Assembly: GCF_006345805.1 (NCBI RefSeq) | Contig: NW_021833460.1 | Location: forward strand, 10,804 to 74,803 | Source of the DNA: Octopus sinensis | Lineage: Eukaryota | Direction of reading: 5' to 3' | DNA: 64,000 nucleotides | In this document: piece after piece, positions 38,881 through 52,248 of the stretch | How the letters are laid out: each line of letters begins with the position of its first letter | Position numbering within the stretch: the first letter of the stretch is position 1 | Notes under the pieces: model-generated | The model's database searches: none | The model's input: the letters and a program-made list of their open reading frames with translations, nothing else | What the model was told of the DNA's origin: nothing | Translations under genes and position numbers: made by a program

Positions 38881-38952
38881 AGTCACTGCCTGGAATCGAA
38901 CTCGGAATTTTGTGGTTAGCAGCCCGCGCTCTTAACCACTACGCAATATGCC
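38879..38952 (-). mobile_element. tRNA-like SINE head followed directly by (AAT)n
   Basis: ggcatattgcgtagtggttaagagcgcggg...gagttcgattccaggcagtgac has A/B boxes but no paired acceptor or anticodon stem. Confidence 0.7.
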
Positions 38953-39235
38953 AATGTAAATAATGTACATAATTCCTCGTTTCTTAAATACAGAACTGTA
39001 TGACAGTAAGAAGCATGAAATCATGACCATGATACGTGAATCAGAATTCCCGATACGGTATGCCATCAGCTCTTCCAGCCGATCCGCGTTATAGAATTTC
39101 AGCGTCATCATAAAATCGTAGAGTAATTTTGCATTCTACTAGATGCTATCTAAAATTAATATCTACAGGTCAACCCATGTTATCTGTTTTTAAAATCTCA
39201 CAGTTCTACAACCTCTGTATAGATTATTATTATTA

Positions 39236-39322
<87 letters not shown>

Positions 39323-39747
39323 ACATCAGCATCATCAACATCATCATATATAAATATTTGCGTCGTGGCCATTTTGGTTTTTTATTTCCCTTTCCTTCAG
39401 ACAATCTCCCACTTCTCACGCTCTTGTCCTCCCACTGTGTCTCTATCTGTCTGTCGGCCTGTCTGTCTGTGTCTCTCTATATATGTCTCCCCTCTCTCCC
39501 TCTCTCTCTCTCTCTTTCTAGTTTTATTATTTGTATCACTTTATCTTTCTCTCTCATTCTCTTACTCTTTCTTTCTTTTTCACGTTCACAGCCTTTATCT
39601 ACAGCTGTTTTCTTTTTTTCTTTTACCTTTACTTTTTTTTTACCACTTTGCAACATTCTATTACTATTTGCATATTTATCACTCACCCTCACTCATATTC
39701 TCTCCCGCCACTCTGTCTGTCTGTCTGTCTCTCTCTCTCTGTATCTT

Positions 39748-39782
<35 letters not shown>

Positions 39783-40150
39783 GTCTCTCTCTCTCTCTCT
39801 TCCTTCCCATCAGTTTTTCGCAAACTCATACACACACATACACGTTCTCTGTCTCTTTCTCTGCTTCATTATCTCTCAAACTCATTCTGGTTCTCTCTTT
39901 CTGCTGTTCTCCTTCAAACTTTCATTTTCGATTTATTACAGTCCATATTTCAACCTAACGGACTCAAATATCTGAAAAACACATTTTCATATTTAATTTT
40001 TTGCCGAATCGCCAAGAACGTAAATAAGGAAACAGCGGCAGAAAAACAAACGGAAAAAAAACACACATATGTAAGGATGTATGTAAATAAGTAACTTGTA
40101 TAAATGTGTATATATATGTGTATGTGTGTGTATGTGTGTGTGTATGTATA

Positions 40151-40365
40151 TACTCTTTTACTTGTTTCAGTCATTTGACTGTGGCCATGCTTCAGCACCG
40201 CCTTTAGTCGAGCAAATCGCCCCCAGGACTTATTCTTTCTAAGCCTAGTACTTATTATATCGTTCTCTTTAGCCGAACCGCTACCTTACGTGGACGTAAA
40301 CACACTAGCATCGGTTGTCAAGAGATGTTGGGGGGACAAACACAGACACACAAACATATACATAC

Positions 40366-40435
<70 letters not shown>

Positions 40436-40575
40436 GACGGGCTTCTTTCAGTTTCCGTCTACCAAATCCACTCACAAAGCTTTGGTCGGCCCGTGGATAT
40501 AGTAGAAGACATTTGCTCAAGGTGCACGCAGTGGGACTGAACCCGGAACCATGCAGTTCGTAAACAAGCTACGAC
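40151..40575 (-). mobile_element. SINE family A, near full length
   Basis: Collinear with 1060-1462; longer internal (TA)n. Confidence 0.88.
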
Positions 40576-41460
40576 GCGGTTCTGCATAATTTTCGTCGCG
40601 CAAATTCACTCGCAAGACATTGCTAAACCCGTTGCTATGTAGAAGATGCTTGACAAAGCTGCTGACCCTGAAACCATGCAATTGCTAAGCAAATTTCTTT
40701 AGAACATATATGCGTGCGCCCTCTGCCTTTATATCCAGCTGAGGTTAAGTTTGTCTTATATATTCCTATTATTGATACTATAAAATATCTATCAGGTCTT
40801 GAGGCTACGGCACCTTAACTGCTGCCTGGTATCTTTAAGGTCTTCTGCCTGGTTAAACCTCCTTATGTTCATAACTTGGAAACAAATATAATTTTCTTTC
40901 AAATATATTACCGTTAAATTTTAACGAGCATATAAAAGCTGAATTATGAAGGTCGGCATACGAACCGATCTCCTACGTCTCGTTTTCTAGAATCTTTTTG
41001 AGTCAGCCTTTTGCATTTACTCTCGACCAGTGTGGTGCATAAAGCAACAAATGGGTTGTTATCCAGTCACTAAATCTGGTTCATAAGGCAGGAAAATCAC
41101 CACTTAAATCACATCGTTCATTCTCATAAATTCTAAATACCGTGGAACGCTCTACGTGGCCGATTGGATGCTATAAATAGTAATAAACAACAGCGTGCAG
41201 TAAGGTCCATGATGGCCGTCATCCGAGAAATATAAAGTTCCAGTGGTAGTCCGGGTGTAGTTTAGTGGTAAGCAGCCTATGAGAGCTGACAATGGTTCTA
41301 GAAGTAGGTCGGAATGGAGATAAGCGTCCAGTGAGAGAAAGTTCAGTGGGGGATTAGATCAAACCGGGGTATATCGAAATCTTTCTGAAATCACGCCTAA
41401 AGTCTTGAAAGAACGAATGATATTTTGGATAATCCTGACTTAAAGATTATTACTTTATAT

Positions 41461-41515
41461 CAGTGGTTTTCAACCGGGTTCCATATGGTCCTTAGGGATT
41501 CCTGTAAGATTTTGT
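41461..41515 (+). mobile_element. hAT-like terminus, single end
   Basis: cagtggttttcaaccgggttccatatggtcctta is homologous to 11463-11517. Confidence 0.45.
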
Positions 41516-41545
41516 TGTTAAAATATATCTGTATGAAATTTGTTA

Positions 41546-41813
41546 TACAGGGCGTTCAAAAAGTCTCTCCGCAGTAAGTATTTTATTGCAAAATAAATAT
41601 TTATAAGATGGTATAAGACTACAAAAGAATATATTAGACTTTACAAGAATTTAAAAAGCTTTATAAGAGGTGTTGAAAGTGTCGTCCTTCATTTGCAAGA
41701 CATGAGTTGACTCTTCTTGCAATGCACTCTTCTACACATGATTTGAGGGACATCTTGGAGAGTCTGATGCGGTATGGATCGTATGAATGCGGATAAACTT
41801 TTTGAACACCATA
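41546..41813 (-). mobile_element. Tc1/mariner-superfamily deletion derivative with TIRs
   Basis: TIRs tacagggcgttcaaaaagtctctccgca / tgcggataaactttttgaacacc; the minus strand encodes a transposase-like C-terminus RRVNSCLANEGRHFQHLL*. Confidence 0.75.
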
Positions 41814-41847
41814 TCCTTCTATACAAAACATATTTTAATTTTTTAAT

Positions 41848-42210
41848 AGGCGGTGGGGCGGCGGGGTGGTAAAAAACTTGATTCCAAGTTACATGGTTCC
41901 GGGTTCAGTCCCGCCGCCCGACATATTTTTGCAAGTATTCTCTGCTCTAACCTCAGCCGACCAAAGCCTTATGATTGGATTTGGTAGACGGAAATTGAAA
42001 GAAGCACGTCGTGAATATATGTTTGTGTGTGTGTGTGTGTGTGCTGACATCTTTATGTCCCAGTATCTTAGCGGCTCGTCAAAAAGATAGATGTAAAATA
42101 ATTACCAGGCTTGAAAAAGAGAAGTACTGGGATTGATTCATTCGACTAAAAATTCTTCAAGGCCGTGCCCCAGCATGGCCGCAGTCTAATGTTTGAAACA
42201 AGCGAAACAT
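41848..42210 (+). mobile_element. SINE family A
   Basis: catggttccgggttcagtccc...ggatttggtagacggaaattgaaagaagc...cccagcatggccgcagtc. Confidence 0.8.
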
Positions 42211-42899
42211 AACACAGAAAAAAAAAACAAATATAAAATACAAAAATATATGATTTTTAAGCATCGAGTGACGAGACAGCTCTATCGGAGTAAAATAACA
42301 TTTAAAAGAGGCCCATGGGCAGAAAACAAAACAAAAAAAACAAAAAAACGAATGAAATCACAGATTATATGAAAATAAGCAAAACAGTTTATAGTTGCCA
42401 TTTTTTTTTTTAATATGAATGAATATCTTATATCTTTTGTTGTTGAATATATTTTATACTCTTTAACCAAATAACATATTTACCAACGTTTCTACGATTT
42501 CCCCATTGTCTTCTCCGTCCTCTACGCTCTTCTATACAATCGCCATTCTATAAATAAATCTGATAATCTGAAAGAACAAAATGCTATATTAGAAAACAAT
42601 ATACATGGTATTTAACTTTCGTTTATTTAACTGACATTTTCACCTAAGCAGAATCAATGTTCCACTCAGGACAAGCATCCATTCAGTCTCAGTTGTTTAC
42701 ACATTTCGTTAAAAGATTACACGGCAATATGTCGTTCGTATTGGTGTCGCTGCAGTGTTTTAATCCCGCTTTGTTTTCAGGATTACATCATGGTTTACAG
42801 TTAATGCTTCACTCAGCTCGACACATATATATATATAGACAAGCAGGAATCACTGTAGATGTTTACTCGTCTCGTTAATACATTAATAGATACAAACAT

Positions 42900-43278
42900 G
42901 CATACACACATACATAGGTACGTACGTACATGCATACATACATACATATGTACATACGTACTTACATGCATACATGCACAAACATATATATATATGTATA
43001 TATATATCATACATATATGTATATGTGCGTGTTTGTATGCATGCTCATATCTATCCATCCATCTATCTAGCTATCTACCTATCTATATATATATCTATCT
43101 ATCTATATCTATCTATCTATCTTGTATATACATACATATGCATGTGTGTGCTTGTATATTTGCGTGAGTATGTATGTATATATGTATGGATATATATATA
43201 TATACGTGTGTGTGCGTATATATATATATAGATAGGTATAGATATAAATATATATATATATGTATATGTATGTATATT

Positions 43279-43314
<36 letters not shown>

Positions 43315-43680
43315 TATAAACACACACACACAGACATATACCGACTCACGTATAAGCATACTAACAGGCACGCAGACATATAACATATGTATGGGTATAT
43401 CCTTGTGTATGTATGTGTGCATGTACACGAGTGGTGCGTTTGCATATGCATGTGTACACATTAAATTATAGGCGAGGGATATTCTTATATATTTTTGCTG
43501 TTCTCTCTCTATATATATATGTACATACACACAATATGCATATATATGCAATTATCATTTATCAACGTTGGTACTCGTATATATTATATAATATATATAT
43601 ATATTATATATATATAATATATATGTATGTATGAATATATATGTATATATATATATATGTATGTATATATATATTTATTT

Positions 43681-43724
<44 letters not shown>

Positions 43725-43764
43725 CATATATATGTTTATATATATATATATATATATATATCTA

Positions 43765-43795
<31 letters not shown>

Positions 43796-44060
43796 GCATA
43801 TAGATGTATGTATGTGTGTATTTATATATATTATGTACATGTATATATATACACATATATGTAATGTTTTTACATATATATGTATACATACATATATTAT
43901 ACGTATATATACCATATAATATGTATATGTATATTCATGATTTAAATATGTATATTTATATATATATATATAATATATATATTATATTATATATATTATA
44001 TATATATAATATATATATACACACACACGTATACATATATACATTCTCAAACATTTACAT
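42900..44060. repeat. Long (TA)n/(TATG)n low-complexity tract
   Basis: Direct reading. Confidence 0.93.
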
Positions 44061-44374
44061 GTACACATACATGGTACGTTCGACTCCACGTGGCATACAT
44101 ACATACGCGCAGACAAACACTTGCACAAACGATCAGTTGCATGTATACATACAAACCCATCTCACACACAGTCACTGTATGCAAAAATGTTAATTTGGAA
44201 CATCCTAAATGCAGAAGAGTAGTTTTATGATATTCATCCAATGATTATACGGTGTTCTTAATTAAATCTGGATTAAAATATAACGATGCCGACCGACCAT
44301 ATTTGATTGTTTTGCATCTGTATCAGCATTGATGTAGTTCCGTATATTACACACTTGTTATTACGAGCAGTGAA

Positions 44375-45150
44375 TGCATGTTTCTAGGTTCAATCTCAAT
44401 GCGTAGCACCTTGGGCTAGTGTCTTCCACTATAGCCTCGGACCGACAAAAGCCCTGTCAGTGGAAACTGAAACAAGCACGTTGCATGCGCGTGTGCATGT
44501 GTGTGTATGTGTGTGTGTGTGTGTGTGCCTGTGAGTGTATAACATGTATGTATGTATGTATGTATGTATGTATGTATGTATGAATCAAAATATTTTGATT
44601 TAGATTCGTTAATACTCTGTGTTTCAAGCGCGATGCTAATCTTCAGCCATTGAGAATTAGATTAAATATACAACCGAAAGAGCTTGTAATAGTTTCATGC
44701 TATTATGACACTTTATCAGGCATATTTATAAAATACGCATCTTAAAGCAATCTTCCGAGCTTTGTTTTTGTGTTATATGCGTGTGTATGTATATATATAT
44801 ATATTTATGTGTGTGTGTGTGAGAGAGAGTGTGTGTGTGCATGCGTTTGTGTGTGTGTATGTGTGTGTGTGAGAGAGTGTGTGTGTGTGCATGTGCGTGT
44901 GTGCATGCGTTTGTGTGTGTGTGTATGTGTGTGTCTGTCTGTCTGTGTTTGGTCCCGCACCACAACTTGGCAATCGCTGCTAACGTATTTCCGTCCCCTT
45001 AACGTAGCGGTTCAGTATACGAGAGCGATAAATTAAGTGCCAGGGTTTAAAAATAATAATTTCTGGGGACAATCCATTCGATCAACAATTCTTCTAGGTG
45101 CTGCTTCAGCACGCCCGCAGTCCAGTAAGTGAAACTAGTAAAAGATAACA
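44375..45150 (+). mobile_element. SINE family A with an expanded and interrupted internal microsatellite
   Basis: 5' part at ~44375-44480 and 3' part at ~44940-45150 are collinear. Confidence 0.6.
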
Positions 45151-46204
45151 GATATCTTCATGCCGCATAAACAAATCATTGGAAGCAGGGTGCGAGAATT
45201 CCGTGTGCGGGTACAGCAATGCGTAACACACAGAGAAGGGGTCTTCGAAGAGGCGAGGTTGGTAAAAATGCCAAATCGCTCCGTTCAATGCCGCCGCCCT
45301 ATCACTGAAGCTAGAGAAAAAACTAATAATAAAAGAAAATGGAAGAAAAAGAACCAAGTTATCCACCTCATCGTTTGTATAAGACAGTAATAAGATTTTC
45401 TATGAGATTTTCTGAGAGATTTGTGCGCTATTTCTAGCATATCAAAAGATTTACACTCACTGCTCCCCATCGTCATCTTTTATTGTCACGAGTTCGTTTT
45501 GATGTGGGTTTCAAAAATATCGATGCAGTTGGTAAACTTAAAGAAAAGAAGACACTTTCGTAATTGTTTTTATTGCGTTAGTCGTAACATTAGTCCCTCT
45601 GCGGTCCTCAACTGTAGCCGCCATATTTATGGTTGTAGTAGTTTGTTATCGATAGATGCTGTTATTGTTGTTACGGCCGTCGTTGTTGTTTTTGTTACTG
45701 TTGCTGTTGTTATTATATTTGTTGTTCTTATTTATGTAATTGTCGTTGCTTTTGTCTATATAATTGTTAACAATATTATTGTTGTTGTTGATGTTATTGG
45801 TTATTACACTTTTTTTGTTGCCAATATTATTTCATTGCTATTATAGTTATTGTTATAAGCCTTGTCTTAATTATCATTTTCGTTGTTCTTATTATAGTTC
45901 TTTGTTGCTACTGTTGTTGATGATGTTGTTGCTATTGTTGTAGATCTTCTTCTTGTCATTATTATTCACATTATTGTCGTTTTGTTTTTATTAATGTTCC
46001 TGTCGTTGATATCATTATCATTATGATTGATGTCGTTGTTGTTAGTGTTGTTGTAAATATTGATTATTGAGTTCTTTATGTTCTTGTTATTGTTGCCGCT
46101 AACGTTGTTGATGTTACGGTTGATGATTCTGTTGTTGTTGTTATAAATGCCAATGTTGTTGCTGTTGCTCTTATCATTATTATTGTTATTATTATTATTA
46201 TTAA

Positions 46205-46264
<60 letters not shown>

Positions 46265-46271
46265 CATCATT

Positions 46272-46306
<35 letters not shown>

Positions 46307-46314
46307 TAGTGTTC

Positions 46315-46500
46315 CTGGATGCAATGCTTACTGATATTTCGTCCGTCTCAACGTTCTGAGTTGAAGTTCCGCCGAGGTCGACTTTGCCTTTCATCCTTTT
46401 GGGAGTCGATCAATTAAGTACCAGTTGACCACTGAGCTCGACGTATTCGTCTCATCCTCCTACCTCGAAATTGCTGGCCTTGTGCCAAAATTTGAAATCA
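46315..46500 (+). mobile_element. SINE family C with (ATT)n tail
   Basis: ttccgccgaggtcgactttgcctttcatccttttgggagtcgatcaattaagtacc...ggccttgtgccaaaatttgaaa. Confidence 0.8.
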
Positions 46501-46508
46501 TTATTATT

Positions 46509-46580
<72 letters not shown>

Positions 46581-47102
46581 TTATTATTATTATTATCATT
46601 TGTTGCCTTTGCACAGCTCCTAACACTAGAGATGTACTACGGTGTCAGCTGTTTACAACCAGTGAACTAAGATAACACAGTAGTAGTAGTACTTATTTTT
46701 CGAGCACCATCCGGACTATTCGAGCATTGCTGTTTTCTGCAAGTGCTCCACCCTTATTGCAGCCCCTATTTGTTCCATGCACATCTCAAGATATTTACCC
46801 ACTGTTCCTATGGCTCCGAAAATTATTGGTACTACTACCATATTTTTCAGCAACTACAAATGCTTAACCGCCCAAGCTAACCTGTCATATCTATCGACTT
46901 TTCTTTCTTCCTTATCGCACACCTTCTTTTCAGCTGGTCACGCTATATCTATGATCCAGCATCGCTTGCTTTCTTTCTAAATTAGCACTATGTTTGGTTT
47001 CCTATTCTCTATCTCATGGTCGCTCTGAATGATAAATTCCCATCTTTGCATTATGGTTTTGGATGATGCATTCGGGTTATGTTCGTACCACAATTATTAT
47101 TA

Positions 47103-47517
47103 TTGAATGAAAGAGCAGTGAATACCATCAAAGTGACACTGGGGTAAAATATACGAAGCCCAGTATACCCATCATGACTACCCGTCTGATAAGGGTACGC
47201 CAGGCACATGCATCACAACCATATGTACGCGACTTATTAAGATTAACAGTGCATGACCTTGCAGGTGGGGCCCAGTTAGAATTTTCTTCAGGTCGAGTAG
47301 CCCATCTCGCTCAAAATGTCCCTGGATAAGGATGTTGAACAAAACACTCATGTTTCCAAAGGTGAATTAGCCAAACTCCAAAGAATGCCTCTTAACACAT
47401 GGCTATGATGCTCCCACACTACTTCTGCTTGTGATCAGAGATGCACATATCGTCAGCCACTAAGGGACATGCTCAGCTGGTTATGGTCAAGCAAGTGACA
47501 AGTAAATCTGTGGTATT
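47103..47517 (-). mobile_element. (TAA)n-associated retroposon, copy F (5'-truncated)
   Basis: Constant end ttgaatgaaagagcagtg; truncated at aaatctgtggtatt; (ATT)n on both sides. Confidence 0.85.
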
Positions 47518-47551
47518 ATTATTATTATTATATTATTATTATTATTATTAT

Positions 47552-47755
47552 TGACAGAATCGTTAGCACGCCGCGGGAGTGCTTAGCGGTATTTCGTTCG
47601 TCATAAAGACGCTCTGAGTTCAAATTCCGCCGAAGTCGATTTTGCCTTTTAGCCTATGAGTCGATAAATTAAGTACCAGTGAAACACTGGGGTCGATGTT
47701 ATTGAATTCTCCCCTCCCCAAAGTTTCAATCCTTGTGCCTTTACTAGAAAGGACT
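47552..47755 (+). mobile_element. SINE family C with (CTA)n tail
   Basis: cagaatcgttagcacgcc...gagttcaaattccgccgaagtcga...cactggggtcgatg. Confidence 0.8.
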
Positions 47756-49739
47756 ACTACTACTACTACTACTACTACTACTGTTATTGTACTTGTCGTT
47801 GACATTGTTGTGATTATTGTTGTTGTAGATGTCGCTGTTGTTGTTGGTTCTCGTTATTGTTGTAGTCCTCGCTGTTTTTATTTTCAGTGTTGTTGCCTTC
47901 CATTGTTTTTATGGAGTTCTTGTAGTTGTTTTTGTATTATATTCTCACTGTTGTTGTTACTGGTACTGCTGCCGCTGCTGTTGTTGCTGTTCTTGTTGTT
48001 GATGATGTTGTTGTTGTTGTTGTTGTTACTAGATGATGTTCCTGGCCAATTTCTTTGAAGTCATTTAATGTCTTTGTTTGGAATTACAATAGTGAAGAAA
48101 TCAAAGGATATTGGTAGCATCGATTCAGTGGTGCATTTCATTGTCATACACTGTAGTGGTGGTCATGGTGGTGGTGGTGACGGTGGCTGGGGTGGGTGTG
48201 GTAGAAGTAGTAGTAGTAGTAGATATGTTGGTAGTAGTAGTTGTAGTATTGGTAGTGGCAGTGATAGTGGTGGTAGTGGTAATAGCAACAGTAGCAGCTT
48301 TAGTGCTGGCAGTGGTGCTGGTGATTGTGATTTTGCTGGTTACTAGAGTAGTAGTAGTAGTAGCAATAGTAGTTGTAGTAGTAGTAGTAGTAGTAGTAGT
48401 TGTAGTAGTGGCGGTGGCGGTTGTGATTGGGGTTGTAGTGGTTGTGGTGTTGGTGGTGGTGGTGTAGTAGTGGTAGTAGTAATAGTGGTGGTGATTATGG
48501 TGGTGGTGTAGTAGTAATAGTGGTGGTGATGGTGTTGGTGGTGTAGTAGTGGTAGTAGTAATAGTGGTGGTGATGGCGATGGTGGTGATGGTGATGGTGG
48601 TGGTGGTGGTGGTAGTAGTAGTAGTAGTGGTAGCGGTAGTGGTAGTGGTATCGGTGGTGGTGGTTGTGGTGGTGGTGGTGGTTGTGGTGTTGGTGGTGTG
48701 GTGGTGGTAGTAGTAGTTGTGCTGATGGTGGTGGTGGCGGTGGTGATGATGATGGTTTTGATGAGGTGAGGGTGATGAGCGGTGAGGCTGTGGACCTAAT
48801 CCTTGTTTGCAGTGTTGTTTAGCCTTCAAGTGAACAGGTGACCCACGTTCAAAGACTTTCCGTCTGTGGCCCTCATGCCTCTTTCTTTTTTCTTTCATCA
48901 CACTTAACCAATCCAATAATTCATTATCGAAGATGTTACGAGTTGTGGCTTGAGGGAGATTTGGCTGCTATTTCAAAGCAGGTGATTGTTTATGTAACAT
49001 AATATAGGCTTCTATCGAGTTCCTATCGATGAAGACTTATTGAGCGACCTGATGAAGTTTGCTGTTGCGGATGCTATTGTGGTTAGTTTTGAAAAGTGTG
49101 TTAATATATGTTTGTCATTGTTGTTGCTATTATTGTTGATGTTTAGCCCCAAGTAAGGCTAGAGAGATCTGATTTTTACTCAAAAGCATTACAACCGTCC
49201 AATTAATCCTACCTAATTAAGAGCATCAAAATCTACATTGATTAATTTGTGATTTTCCCGTCAAGAGTTTCTGATGAATCTACCTTCGCAGCAGGAAACT
49301 TAGATGAGGGTAGCAACATGAAATTCCCTCATCCACTAAATGCGGTTTCAAGAAACGAACGCGTAGCGAAACTAACGGCGGTGCCCAAGAATAGCTGCAG
49401 CTTTCGAGCTGAAAGTATTAAAATTTTTTTTTAAATTATATATAAAATTAATATAGACAGCGGTCTGCAACCTGTTACCAAAACGAAAAACTATAACTGT
49501 CACTAAGTATGACGGGTGTTAGAACACCTGCATTGCTAGAAATAAAAACTAAATGTCCCAGTGCAGTTGTTAAAGCACATGATTTATTCATATGTACTGA
49601 CGAGAACCGTAATCGCCCGAAAGCTACGGTCGACAATTCCCTACACTGACCGGTCAGTTTCGGCTGACCAACGGCAACAGCTGCGATTTCTCGATTGTAT
49701 ATAAATAGGTGCAAATACAGGAGTCAACTTAAAGCGTCA

Positions 49740-49814
49740 CCTGACCAGACTCTGGGAGGCTTGCTCTTTCGGAGCGTTTATCTCCTCTTCAGTAACAGAG
49801 ACTGGAGAGCCAGG
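49740..49814 (-). ncRNA. Type I hammerhead-like motif with long helix I
   Basis: CCAGUCUCUG-UUA-CUGAAGA-GGAG(AUAAACG)CUCC-GAA-AGAGCAAGCCU-C-C-CAGAGUCUGG. Perfect helix II, distal helix I 9 of 10 paired, core-proximal pair disrupted. Confidence 0.55.
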
Positions 49815-50477
49815 CGCTGCGAATTCACACGAAAGACAGATCCTTCTTATGATATTCCCGTCATCGTTCAAAGACTGGTTGCGCTGCTCAGAGGCTCGCC
49901 GTAAATGAATTACTAAGCAGTGATGTTTCAGTGTGACAAATTGGTTCTTTGATTATACCAAACTAATTCTGTCACTTTGTACAACTAGAAAAAGTGATCC
50001 ACATGAAATCTTTCAGCACCCGGTTACTCTCGAAGACTTATGGTTTACCACAAACAAAACAGTTACCGCTATTTATAGTAGATACAACCCAGATAGAACT
50101 AAATTGATTTAACCAATTTGCATGACAGTGCAATTGTTGACAACATGAAGGAATGAATTAAATACGGTGGTGCATTCACAGTATTCACATTTCACATCAT
50201 TACTGTGTGTTAAGAAATGTTACAAGTACCTAAGTTGAGAAAAAATAGTATTTATTATAAAGCTATGTAGTTTTGTTAACTGATTTAATATAATTTCATG
50301 TTGATGTGCTTCTGCTGTTATGATGTATCCGATTTTATGGATATTGTGAATAGCAATATAATACATTTCAATCTGCAGCTACGTAAATGGATGATCGAAA
50401 TGCGGTGAAGAGGAAAATCTCCGACTCCCTGGTCTCTGTTTCTGTCTGTCTCTCACTCTCATTCTCTCTCTCTCCCC

Positions 50478-50531
<54 letters not shown>

Positions 50532-51330
50532 TAGTACATCCAACGTTATATGGATGTGTTGTATATAACGCCTAGCTCTGCGATAAACAACACATCCAAG
50601 TTACGTTGGATGAGTTAATTGAAGTTTGCTTCTGTTGCTAACCGTTGATTTATGCATAACCCGCGGCTTTATGCGACATCACTGGTAGTTTAGCCGATGC
50701 GAAGCTATATCAGTTTCTCTGATTTTCGATCTGGTATTTGTCTGTCTATTGCAGGAGATCCGAAACACGGTGCTGACAAAATATCGCCAAACAATATCTG
50801 TGCTTTAAGTAAACGTCGTTTACACGAGATGATTCCTTGAGACGTTTACCGCAGTCCCAGGCGTTGTAAATAAAACATCCAGGATAGATTGGATGTGTTG
50901 ACGATAGCCGATTTTCTGCTTACAGAAAGAAACAATTTATATATAATATATACCTAGTCTACTGGACACACTGAGGTTTAAAATATGTGCTCAGCAAACA
51001 GTAACGTCCGTAAATTTTTATTGTATCTCCTTTTACCTAGCCCTGCGTAGTACTTCTAAAACAATATCTATAACTGCATGTATGTGTATATGTGTGTTGT
51101 GTGTATATGAATGTGTGTGTGTGTGTGTTGTGTGTGTGTGCGTGTGCGTGTGTATGTGTGTGTACGTAAGTAGGTAGTTACGTTTGTGTGAATATGTACA
51201 TATATAGACATATCGAAGCAGAAATTTGATTTACATATCCCCAAGCATATGCGTGTATACTCATGTATGTCTGTATGTGAATAATAACGTTATATATATT
51301 ATGCATATATATGTGTGTGTGTGTGTGTAT

Positions 51331-51369
<39 letters not shown>

Positions 51370-52186
51370 TGTGTGTGTGTGGTGTGTGTGTGTGTTTGTA
51401 TATATGCGTGCGTGTGTGGGCGAACGTGTGTCTGTGTGTATGCTTGTATGCATGTGTATGTTTGTTCATGCAACTACACATTTCTGTACATAATTCTTCC
51501 TAGCGTCTTGTCAAAATGTCGGAAGTAATAATCAACGCATTAGTCTATTTGAACACGCGCTTTGAATTGATTACAACCTGAGCTGTATATTAAGCAGTCT
51601 CACATATTTAGTTTAACATATTTCATATTTGATACCAAAAGACACGTATATTTATTTTAATTATAATTATAATTATTTTTATCCTTTTTTTTTTCTTTTT
51701 TCTGAAGTGACATATATTCCAATCTATATTCGGCGCTGAAATGCTCTTCGAAGGTGCGATCATTCATATGTGGATGCTACTACGATAAAGTTGCTGTCAG
51801 GATATTTAATTACACTGGAGGTTTTCATATGAGAGGAGCATAAACAAATTTATTTGCTCCACAAAGTGCAGAGCGTGTAGTTTCGCTGTTTTGCCTTCGT
51901 CAGAATATTCGTAAAATAGGAAATACTAAGCAGTCATTTTGGTTGAAGCTGAGTAGAAACTCAACGCTCCTCACACCAAATGATCTCCTTTCTGTTTCTT
52001 ATTTTTCAGGTATGAGATACTGATTCGGTTAATCGAAAAGCTATCTTATGTAAAAGTGTTTTTAATATTGATTGAGTAATATATATATATATGAACCCAA
52101 GTAGCATTTCTCAGATATCCCTCTTTGTGTGCACGAGGCATAAACACACATACATACACACATACACAAACACACACACACATACT

Positions 52187-52248
<62 letters not shown>

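Noticed and set aside
38879-38952. Functional tRNA gene
   Set aside because: A/B boxes are present but acceptor, anticodon and T stems do not pair; it is a SINE head.
41160-41185. ATTGG plus TATAAA promoter-like pair
   Set aside because: Short motifs are expected by chance in AT-rich DNA, and no downstream gene is supported.
50755-50808. Possible 54-nt exon (ttgcag|GAGATCC...TTTAA|gtaaac)
   Set aside because: Plausible splice signals, but the peptides (GDPKHGADKISPNNICAL or EIRNTVLTKYRQTISVL*) are unrecognised; needs RNA-seq.
51868-51912. Minus-strand CUGACGA-AGGC...GC-GAAAC
   Set aside because: Only a 2-bp helix II, with no helix I or NUH site.
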